A stretch of 20,699 nucleotides of DNA from Halalkalibacterium halodurans (GTDB lineage: Bacteria > Bacillota > Bacilli > Bacillales > Bacillaceae_D), in assembly GCF_004376175.1 (NCBI RefSeq), contig NZ_SNUY01000069.1, forward strand, positions 1 to 20,699, written 5' to 3'. Below are positions 8,397 to 16,496 of this stretch, piece after piece. Below the pieces are notes generated by a model. It was not told the origin of the DNA. It was given only the letters and a program-made list of their open reading frames with translations, and searched no databases. Position 1 is the stretch's first letter. Every line of letters begins with the position of its first letter. Both the position numbers and the translations under genes were made by a program.

Positions 8397-8424
8397 AGTA
8401 TACAGAAAGGAGCCTAATTCGCAA
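8397..8424 (-). promoter_or_regulatory. Candidate sigma-A promoter driving the riboswitch transcript
   Basis: On the minus strand, TTGCGA (8424-8419) is followed by a 16-nt spacer and then TATACT (8402-8397). This lies about 40 nt upstream of P1. Confidence 0.55.
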
Positions 8425-8439
8425 CCGTTTTCATTGTGA

Positions 8440-9321
8440 TTAAACGAGCATCGCCGCACCTAGTACGCCCGAGTCACCGCCTAGTTTTGCCTTCACGATC
8501 GTTGTTGATCGTGCCAATCCTGGATAAAGGTAGCGAGATACTTTCTCTTTTACGATCGGTAAAATCAGATCATCCGCATTCATAACACCACCACCAAGAA
8601 CAAAGACATCTGGATTTACAGTATGGGCGATATTCGCGATCCCGATCGCTAAATAGTCCATCGCTTCTTCGACTAAGCGTTGCATATCATGATCTCCCCG
8701 GCGAATCCGGTCAAATACCTCTCTCGTCCCACCTTCAACCCCGAAACGCTCTCGTGCCATTCGTCCGATAGCCGTTCCACTTGCTAGCCCCTCTAGTGAC
8801 CCTGGGTTCAAATTTGCGTGCTGATAGCCATTTGGTTGAACGATCATGTTGCCAATTTCCCCTGCATAATCACTGGCCCCATGAACGATGCTTCCATCTA
8901 AAACATAGCCGCCACCAATGCCTGTGCTGATCGTTAAATAGAAAACACTCGTAAATCCTTGTCCACTTCCAAGCAAAGCTTCCGCCAGTGCTGCCACATT
9001 GGCATCGTTATCTAATTTCACAGGGCACTGAAACTGCTCCTGAAAACGATCAACTAGATGAATATGATCCCAGCCTGGGAGGTTCGGTGGACTAAGAATC
9101 GTACCTTCCGTAGAGCTTAACGGACCCGGTGCCCCAATTCCAATTCCGGCAAACGGCTGATGATCCGTGACTTTTTCTGTTAAAGACATCATCTTGTTCA
9201 TTACTTCCTCTGGACCTTGCGCCGCTTCCGTTGGGCATTCTTGCACGGAAATTATCTCTCCTGCATCACTAACGAGTGCCGCTTTTATTTTTGTTCCACC
9301 TAAATCGATTCCAACCTTCAT
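8440..9321 (-). CDS. ROK-family sugar kinase (no HTH domain); candidate hexose/mannose kinase of the mannoside locus
   Basis: It carries the ATP-binding motif MKVGIDLGGTK and a ROK-signature region (ISTGIGGGYVLDGSIVHGASDYAGEIGNM). At 293 aa it is kinase-sized. RBS AAAGGAGGATGG precedes the ATG. The usual His and CxCGxxGC zinc motif is absent. Confidence 0.75.
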   Translation of the reverse strand: MKVGIDLGGTKIKAALVSDAGEIISVQECPTEAAQGPEEVMNKMMSLTEKVTDHQPFAGIGIGAPGPLSSTEGTILSPPNLPGWDHIHLVDRFQEQFQCPVKLDNDANVAALAEALLGSGQGFTSVFYLTISTGIGGGYVLDGSIVHGASDYAGEIGNMIVQPNGYQHANLNPGSLEGLASGTAIGRMARERFGVEGGTREVFDRIRRGDHDMQRLVEEAMDYLAIGIANIAHTVNPDVFVLGGGVMNADDLILPIVKEKVSRYLYPGLARSTTIVKAKLGGDSGVLGAAMLV

Positions 9322-9387
9322 GGTGCCATCCTCCTTTACAAAACTTAACTCTATTATCCTCTTAACCGAAGCAAAATGCTAGCTCTC

Positions 9388-9426
9388 TTTAAAGAACAGA
9401 AACCCTGTAAAGGCACAGGGTTTCTG
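9388..9426 (-). terminator. Strong rho-independent terminator after the SBP gene
   Basis: On the minus strand, CAGAAACCCTGT-gccttt-ACAGGGTTTCTG is a perfect 12-bp stem followed by TTCTTTAAA. It begins 8 nt after the SBP stop. Confidence 0.8.
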
Positions 9427-9433
9427 CAACAAA

Positions 9434-10946
9434 TTATTGATTCAGTTCTTGCCACTCATCAAATTGGCGCTGCATTTCATCGATCACTTTTTGCAGTCCA
9501 GCTTCGTTCAGCTTGTCATTAAAGAGTGGTAAATACTCCTCTGGATCTACAGCACCTTTCAGCAGCGCTGGAGAGAATTCGCTCGTCACGTTTGAAATCG
9601 CAGCAATTTCAGTACGCACTGGATTCGAGTCAAAGTAAAAGCCGAGAGCTGGTGAAGGAATCGCACTTTCATTAAAAGCTTCAAACGCTTCCCATTTATC
9701 TTGCGGGTCATCTTCGTATAACTTTAGAATGAGCTGATTCCCAATCGCAAAGCTTGGCATGTTATAGCGTTCTACACGTGCAGGCAAGTCGTTAATCGTG
9801 CCATCTTCAAGTTCCTCGTAATGGACACCCTCAATTCCTTTATCGAGAAGGTTTCGTAAATAGGGGTCTGAGTTAAGCAAATTCAAAAACATCATCGCCC
9901 GCTCAGGGTTTTTCGATGTTGCCGAAATCGCCTGCATGGATCCAGTTACAGAGTTATTAAAAATGTATGGCTCATGAAGCGGTCTCGTCGCGATCTCATA
10001 TCCTGCGGTTCGTGTCCAAATGAGTTCAGCGTACGGTTGGTATAGCTCTTTACGCACGAACCAATTCGGTGTCTCTAACGGCCAAGAATCTGTACTCGTT
10101 GCTGCGTCTGGACGAATGTAGCCTTTTTTATAATAGTCGTGCATCGTCTTAAGCGTCTCCATCGTAATGTCTTCCTCGTATTTATTGATTACCTCGTTCG
10201 TGTTTCCTTCTAGCCTAAAGGCAAACGGCATTTCTTCTTGCAATATCGAATCAAACGGTAAGTAAGCATCAAACGTGGCAATTGGTGTTACGTCAGGTTC
10301 CTCTTCTTTAATGACCGCCAGGAGCGGCTCTAAATCTGCCAATGAATGGACGGATGAAAGGTCGAGATTATGCTTTTCAACTAACTCGTTGTTAAACGAC
10401 AGGACAGCTTGTTGCCCTACTTCTTTATTCGTTGGCACAGCATACAGTTTACCGTCTACTTGTGCCCCTTCTAGAAACGCGGGATCAATCAACTCTTTCA
10501 TTTCTTGTCCGTGCTCATCTAGTAAATCATTTAGTTCTAAAAACGCCCCCCGTCTCGCATTTAAAGCATAGTTGTTAGCCCACGAGCTCGTAAAGGCAAT
10601 ATCGTATGCTTCTCCTGAGGTTGTAATGACTTGCATTCTTTCATCATACTCGCCCCAATCGAGCATTCGTAAATCGACGGTCGCATTGATTTTTTCCTCC
10701 GTGTAGGCGTTCACTTCTTCCATGACAAGTTCAATCAGGTTGTGGTGTACCGATCATATACCACGTCAGCGTCACATGGTCTAGATCAGTAGCCTCCGTC
10801 TCATTAGCTGACTGCTCCCCAGACTCATCATGGCCCTCAGGCTCTGATTGACTCGATTCATTGGCAGATGAACATGCCACTAGGCCAACGAGCAAAAACA
10901 CCATCACCGCAAGCTTCATAACAAACGATTTCATCATTTTCCCCAT
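9434..10946 (-). pseudogene. LplA-like extracellular solute-binding lipoprotein of the ABC importer, split by a frameshift into a 76-aa ORF (10731-10961) and a 429-aa ORF (9434-10723)
   Basis: The 5' ORF encodes a lipoprotein signal with lipobox LVAC, a Ser/Glu-rich linker and ...LTWYMIGTPQPD, then TGA. The 3' ORF continues in the adjacent frame (open from 10753) as (L)IELVMEEVNAYTEEKINATVDL... Together they total about 505 aa, a normal size for this SBP family. The likely start is the ATG at 10946, after AAGGA. Confidence 0.75.
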
Positions 10947-10998
10947 TTCTTTTTCCTTCAATATCTATTTCAAAAAGGAAGATTCCTTCTTGAGACAA

Positions 10999-11967
10999 CT
11001 ATTCCTTCACTCCACCAATGGTAAGTCCTTTGACAAAATACTTTTGAAAAAACGGATACGATAAGGCAATCGGAAGCGTGGCAATCACAACCATGGCCAT
11101 TCGCGCCGAATCTTGCGGAATCGAGTCTAATAACGCACTGTTTTGGCTTGAAAGCATCGCATTTTGTCTAATGAAATCTAAGTTATTCTCAATTCTCATG
11201 AGCAGCGACTGCAATGGAACAAGCTTTGGATCGTCAATAAAGAGCAGAGCATTAAACCAATCATTCCAATAGGCGAGCGTACTAAACAGGGCTATGGTTG
11301 CAATCCCAGGAATCGAAAGGGGCAGGACAATTTTTAAAAAAATCCGAAACTCGCCAGCTCCATCAATTCTAGCAGATTCTAAAATGGCCTCAGGGACGGA
11401 GCGTTGGAAAAAGGTTCGCATAATAATGATATAAAACGCGTTAACCGCCATTGGTAAAATTAAGGCCCAGACAGAGTTTTTCAAACCAAGAAATTGTGTC
11501 ATGACGATATAAAACGGGACCATTCCACCGCTAAAAAGCATCGTGAAAAAGGCAATAAACGTAAACAGCTTTCGGTATAAAAATTGCTTTCTTGAAATGG
11601 CATAGGCATACAACGCAATAATCGAGACGCTCATCAACGTTCCAACAACCGTGATGAAGATCGTAACCCCGTAGGCCCGAAACACTTCTGAGCGCATTTG
11701 CCATAAGTAACGATAGGCGTCGAAGCTCCATTCGCTTGGAATGATGCGGTATCCATTCATCGCAAGCGATTGCTCACTCGTCAAGGAAATGATGATCACA
11801 TAAATAAACGGGAAGATACATAAGAATGCAAACGTTCCAATCAATGTGTGCATAAAAATATTAGTAGATCGAGAAAAACCGTACGGATTGTACGTCTTCT
11901 TTTTCTTCGGTGGTGGTGTGCTCTCTAGCTCCGCCATTTTTCTGTTTTGTTTTGCGAGTTCACTCAT
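10999..11967 (-). CDS. ABC carbohydrate transporter permease, LplC-like (MalG/BPD inner-membrane type)
   Basis: 322-aa ORF with 6 predicted TM segments and an EAA-loop region (ESARIDGAGEFRIFLKIVLP). It has a Lys/Pro-rich N-terminal extension. RBS GGCGGA lies 6 nt before the ATG. Confidence 0.8.
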   Translation of the reverse strand: MSELAKQNRKMAELESTPPPKKKKTYNPYGFSRSTNIFMHTLIGTFAFLCIFPFIYVIIISLTSEQSLAMNGYRIIPSEWSFDAYRYLWQMRSEVFRAYGVTIFITVVGTLMSVSIIALYAYAISRKQFLYRKLFTFIAFFTMLFSGGMVPFYIVMTQFLGLKNSVWALILPMAVNAFYIIIMRTFFQRSVPEAILESARIDGAGEFRIFLKIVLPLSIPGIATIALFSTLAYWNDWFNALLFIDDPKLVPLQSLLMRIENNLDFIRQNAMLSSQNSALLDSIPQDSARMAMVVIATLPIALSYPFFQKYFVKGLTIGGVKE

Positions 11968-11989
11968 CTGACTTCCGCCTTTCTCCTAT

Positions 11990-12928
11990 CTAGAACAAGG
12001 CATTTTCTTCATCTATTTTCCTCACGATATAGTTTGTGATTAAAATTAATACAAACCCAACCGTTGCCTGATATAGACCCGCCGCTGTGCTCATTCCAAT
12101 GTCCCCCATCGTCATTAACCCGCGATAAACATACGTGTCGATAACATTAGTGACGGAATATAGCGGACCTGAGTCACGTGGCACTTGATAGAACAAGCCG
12201 AAATCCGCGCTAAAAATACTTCCAATGTTCAAGATTGTTAAAATGATAATGAGCGGCATAATCATCGGGATCGTGACGTGGCGAATTTGTTGCCACTTGC
12301 TTGCCCCGTCAATAATGGCGGCTTCATAGTACGTACGATCAATGGCGACAATGGCGGCTAAATAGACGATGCTACTAAAGCCGACCCCTTTCCATTGGCT
12401 GATAGTAATGATGAAATAAGGCCAATATCCAGGTTCGTTGTACCAAGCAACAGGATCGATATTTATGGCTGACAAAATCGTATTGAACAGTCCACGATCG
12501 ATACTTAAAAACGTAAACACAAAATAGCTGACAACAACCCAGGACAAAAAGTGAGGAAACAGCATGCCTGTTTGATAGATTTTGGCCAGCTTTTGATTGG
12601 TCAACTCACTAATAATAATTGCGACCGCCACAGCCAATACAAGCCCGAGAACAATAAAAACGACATTATATAAAACCGTATTTCTCGTAATGATGAACGC
12701 ATCGTTCGTACTAAACAAAAACTGAAAATTTTCAAGTCCGACCCATTCGCTATGGTACAGGCTGGCAAAAAAGCCATCCGGATGAAAACGAAAATCTTTA
12801 AACGCAATAATTTGTCCAAACATGGGAATATACTTTAGAACGAGGAGCCAAATGAGCCCCGGTAAAACCATCAACAACCAAATGCGATTGTCATATATAT
12901 TTTTTAGTGTTTGTTGAATCTTGTTCAT
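11990..12928 (-). CDS. ABC carbohydrate transporter permease, LplB-like (MalF type)
   Basis: 312-aa polytopic membrane ORF with the EAA loop YEAAIIDGASKWQQIRHVTIP. RBS GAGGGGGG precedes the ATG. Confidence 0.8.
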   Translation of the reverse strand: MNKIQQTLKNIYDNRIWLLMVLPGLIWLLVLKYIPMFGQIIAFKDFRFHPDGFFASLYHSEWVGLENFQFLFSTNDAFIITRNTVLYNVVFIVLGLVLAVAVAIIISELTNQKLAKIYQTGMLFPHFLSWVVVSYFVFTFLSIDRGLFNTILSAINIDPVAWYNEPGYWPYFIITISQWKGVGFSSIVYLAAIVAIDRTYYEAAIIDGASKWQQIRHVTIPMIMPLIIILTILNIGSIFSADFGLFYQVPRDSGPLYSVTNVIDTYVYRGLMTMGDIGMSTAAGLYQATVGFVLILITNYIVRKIDEENALF

Positions 12929-13133
12929 CTCTTCCCCCCTCTAACTGGTAATCGTTCTATACCTCCATTCTATGAAACCCCTTACATTCTTCCTAGTTGA
13001 GATATCTTAAATTTACTGGCAAAAGTAAATGTCTTTAAACGGTAAAAGGGTTGGAGATGGAAACGGGTAACACACTTGATCGAGCGTGGGAACCTGTAAT
13101 TACTAATAATTGGACAATCTCCGGGAAGTCACG

Positions 13134-13158
13134 AAAAAAAGGCGCTTTCACGCCCTTT
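13134..13158 (-). terminator. Modest rho-independent terminator after the response regulator gene
   Basis: On the minus strand, AAAGGGCG-tgaaag-CGCCTTT forms an 8-bp stem including one G-U pair, followed by additional Ts. It overlaps the TAA stop. Confidence 0.5.
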
Positions 13159-14683
13159 ATGAATGCTTATGGACTTTCCGCCACTCGGTCGGTGTCATCG
13201 CTTCATATTTTTTAAACTGTTTATAAAAATAAGTCGCATCGCCATACCCTACTTTTTTTCCAATCTGTCCGGCTCGATCGTATGAATTCAACAGCAATTT
13301 TTTCGCCCGGTCAATTCGTAGTTGATTTAAATATTTCGTAAACGAACAGCCGACCTCTCGCTGAAAAAGTTGCCCTAAATAGATAGGATTAATATGAAAC
13401 GAGTGGCCTAATGTTTTTAACGATAAATCCTGTGAAAAATGTTGATGGATGTGCTGCAAAACCGTTTGTATGATCGGACTGTAGTTTTTTTCATTTTCCT
13501 GGAGATGATCATCCTCTAGCAGGTCAATGCAACGGTCGATCATTTTCATCGCCTCAGAAGTCGTCTCGACGTGGACAATTTGCTGCACAATTTGGACGTA
13601 CTGATCAAACGGTAATTGGACAATAAACTGACTTTTAAGCCGATAAAAAAATTCCATGAGAACGCTTTTTAAGAAAATCGGATTTCGTTCACAGTGACTT
13701 TCACTGAGCATGTGCTCCAGATCCTTTCGTACCTTTTGATAATGACGATTGGCTAAATGCTCAAAAATGTCTTGCTCCAATGTGATGTTCATCTGAGGGG
13801 GAATCAACTCGCTTTCCCGCTTAAATGTGAGCTGATCGGCCATGTGATGATCTCGTTCTGGTAATAACAGCTTTAGCTCACATTTCATCTCCATCTCTCG
13901 ATACACTTCGTACAGGCATTGAATTTCGGAAATCGGTTCACTATGAACAAATACAAACGGTTGTCCGATTGGTGCTTCAGTGACGACCGACTGAAATCGT
14001 GAACGTTCTTGCCCCCAATCGGACTCCCTTTCAAAGCCGCACCAGATAAACAAAAGATCACCAGAAGGGGTGACGACTGTCATGGCGCTATTTTCTTGTT
14101 CCAATGTTCGTTGCAGGCGATATAGCTCTTCTTCTGTTTGCTGATCCCACTCCATCTTTAACAGGCCTATCCTAAGTGGGAACTTCCATTGAACTTCAGG
14201 GTAGAAAGCCATCCGTTGTTTAAATTCTGTATGGCCCATCTTTCCGACAAGCCAACGCCAAATGGAATGATCACGTAAAACGAGTGTTGACTCTTCCTTC
14301 AAAAAAGCATGGTTAATCTTTTCCTTCACGTGGGACAGCGTAGAGATCAATTCCTTCTCATTGATCGGCTTTAATAAATAGTTTTCAATCCCTAAGGTTA
14401 GACCCTGCTTGACAAAATGAAACTCCTGAAATCCTGAAAGCACGATTGATTTAATAGTCTTCTCCCGCTCATTTAAAGCTGCAATTAGTTCCAAGCCCGT
14501 TTTTTCAGGCATTTTAATATCTGTAATCAACAGATCAAACGAAACGTACTTTGCTATTTCTAAAGCTTCAACACCATTGCGTGCCGTCGCCACAATTTCA
14601 TAACCTAATTGCCCCCAATCAATGAGATGCTTTAAGCCTTCTAAAATAAGAGGCTCATCGTCAACTAGCATCACTCGTATCAT
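13157..14683 (-). CDS. YesN-like response regulator (REC domain plus AraC-type HTH)
   Basis: The REC domain reads MIRVMLVDDEPLILEGLK...DLLITDIKMP. The C-terminal AraC HTH reads YLNQLRIDRAKKLL...GYGDATYFYKQFKKYEAMTPTEWRK. The preferred start is the ATG at 14683 (GAGGTGG 6 nt upstream), which overlaps the kinase 3' end by 23 nt. Confidence 0.85.
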   Translation of the reverse strand: MIRVMLVDDEPLILEGLKHLIDWGQLGYEIVATARNGVEALEIAKYVSFDLLITDIKMPEKTGLELIAALNEREKTIKSIVLSGFQEFHFVKQGLTLGIENYLLKPINEKELISTLSHVKEKINHAFLKEESTLVLRDHSIWRWLVGKMGHTEFKQRMAFYPEVQWKFPLRIGLLKMEWDQQTEEELYRLQRTLEQENSAMTVVTPSGDLLFIWCGFERESDWGQERSRFQSVVTEAPIGQPFVFVHSEPISEIQCLYEVYREMEMKCELKLLLPERDHHMADQLTFKRESELIPPQMNITLEQDIFEHLANRHYQKVRKDLEHMLSESHCERNPIFLKSVLMEFFYRLKSQFIVQLPFDQYVQIVQQIVHVETTSEAMKMIDRCIDLLEDDHLQENEKNYSPIIQTVLQHIHQHFSQDLSLKTLGHSFHINPIYLGQLFQREVGCSFTKYLNQLRIDRAKKLLLNSYDRAGQIGKKVGYGDATYFYKQFKKYEAMTPTEWRKVHKHS

Positions 14684-16424
14684 GGACATCCACCTCACTT
14701 ATGATCATTGGAGTTCTAATCGTGACAATCGTACAAACGTCAGGTTCGCTTTGAACGCTTACTCCAAAACGCTCTCCATACCGCAAGCGCAATCTTTGAT
14801 TCACATTAAATAGGCCGATCGAATGCGATGAATTCTCTGTCATTGATAGTCGCTCATTGATTTCCTCTACCTTTTTTCGTGGAATCCCTTTTCCGTTATC
14901 CATGATTTGAATCTGCAATGTTTGTCTATGTTCTTGGATGATAATGTTGATTTGATTGTCGTCACGCTCCCGTTTAAACCCGTGAATTAGAAAGTTTTCG
15001 ATCAACGGTTGGAGAATAAAGGGAGGTACTACGTAATGTTTGTGTTTTTCTTCAACAGCCACCTGAAATGTGAGCTGATTCGGGAACCGAATGTTAAACA
15101 ATTCAACGTATTGTTCCACATGTTGAAGCTCGTCACCGATTGTGACAAGGTCGGCACTTTTTAACGAGTATCTGAACAAATAAGACAGCTGAACGATCAT
15201 CTTGGCTGTCGTTCTTCCTCCTTCAGACAATGACTTCATCCTAATTGCTTCGAGCGTATTGTAGAGAAAGTGTGGATTGATTTGGCTTTGAAGGTTTGCC
15301 AGCTCCGCTTCTGTTTGCTTAAGCTTTGAAAAATAAACTTTTTCAATATAGTCCTCTAGTTCGTCCAGTGTTTCGTTAAATGTGTTTGAAATCATCGCCA
15401 GATCATCGTCGACATTTCCTGTCTCGATCCGAACGGATAGCTGACCGCTTTGCACTTCCTTCATCGTTTGAACAAGATCATTCACCCTAGTCAAATAGCC
15501 CCTCAACGAGACGTAAGGGAGAGCAATGGATACAACTGTTAAAAGAAGGATCAATAGAAACATCGTAATTTTGTAGTGGAACAATTGGGACAGTTCACTT
15601 CGTGGAACAATGGATGCAACCATGAAACCAGTCGATGGTTCAATCGATGATTGGATCAAATATCGGTTGTTTACAAGCTGTTGTGTGGCGCGATAGTCGA
15701 TTTCTTTCAACGCCTCGTCTAACACGTCACCGTAGCTGTAAACAACATTTAGTTCTTCATCAATAATATAATAGCTCCCCTTCATCGGGTCTCCATTGTA
15801 CGTTAAGAGCCGGTCAATATGGTGAAAAGTAAAATAAACGGTGAGCGTTCCTAATCGCTCAAGGGAAATCGGATCATTGATCTGCTCTTCCAAGGTAAAA
15901 AAATCGTTGTCTTTTCCGTAAAGATCCCTTTCTTCTTCATCGTAAAAATCACTTTCTTTCCATAGTCCGTAATTGTATAAATAATGGTATTGCGTACCTA
16001 ATGTTTCGTTCCGAACTTGCAGTGCTACAATATCAGAATCTCGTGAAAAATAGTTTTTTACGTAAATATCAAAATTGTAAGGAACAAAGGACGAGCTCCT
16101 GGAATATTTGTCTAGCCTATACCCCATGTATTGCTGATAGTCATGCTGGAGGGCAAAGGCTAAATCTTCAATCAAATGCTTTTCGCGATAAAGCTGATAA
16201 ACCCCTTGTTGCACAAACGTGTGTTTTTTTTCGATTTCTGATTTGATTTGATTGATCGCTGTCGCCTGCTTGTCCACTTCCCTTTGGATGATAAATTCCG
16301 AATAATGATCGGATAGAAAAACGAACAAAAAAGCCATCGTTAAAAAGATGATTGTGGAGTAGGTAAAGAAGACGCGATAGAACATTCGGCTGCTCAGCTT
16401 TCTCAATAAATTAAGCGCTTTCAA
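14661..16424 (-). CDS. YesM-like sensor histidine kinase (TM, extracytoplasmic sensor domain of about 270 aa, TM, HAMP, His_kinase/HATPase)
   Basis: It carries the phosphoacceptor block QINPHFLYNTLEAI, an N-box (PFILQPLIENFLIHG) and a G-box (DNGKGI), with two hydrophobic segments. The start is TTG at 16424, with GGGGAG 10 nt upstream. Confidence 0.8.
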   Translation of the reverse strand: MKALNLLRKLSSRMFYRVFFTYSTIIFLTMAFLFVFLSDHYSEFIIQREVDKQATAINQIKSEIEKKHTFVQQGVYQLYREKHLIEDLAFALQHDYQQYMGYRLDKYSRSSSFVPYNFDIYVKNYFSRDSDIVALQVRNETLGTQYHYLYNYGLWKESDFYDEEERDLYGKDNDFFTLEEQINDPISLERLGTLTVYFTFHHIDRLLTYNGDPMKGSYYIIDEELNVVYSYGDVLDEALKEIDYRATQQLVNNRYLIQSSIEPSTGFMVASIVPRSELSQLFHYKITMFLLILLLTVVSIALPYVSLRGYLTRVNDLVQTMKEVQSGQLSVRIETGNVDDDLAMISNTFNETLDELEDYIEKVYFSKLKQTEAELANLQSQINPHFLYNTLEAIRMKSLSEGGRTTAKMIVQLSYLFRYSLKSADLVTIGDELQHVEQYVELFNIRFPNQLTFQVAVEEKHKHYVVPPFILQPLIENFLIHGFKRERDDNQINIIIQEHRQTLQIQIMDNGKGIPRKKVEEINERLSMTENSSHSIGLFNVNQRLRLRYGERFGVSVQSEPDVCTIVTIRTPMIISEVDVHDTSDAS

Positions 16425-16455
16425 TGATGTTCATCTCCCCTGCCCAATGATGTAA

Positions 16456-16487
16456 GTAAACAGAGACTTAAAAAAGCCTCTGTTTAC
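16456..16487 (-). other. Intercistronic stem-loop between the GH38 and kinase genes, without a U-tract
   Basis: GTAAACAGAG (16456-16465) and CTCTGTTTAC (16478-16487) form a perfect 10-bp stem, extendable by 2 bp on the minus strand. No T-run follows. Confidence 0.5.
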
Positions 16488-16496
16488 TCGATCCAT

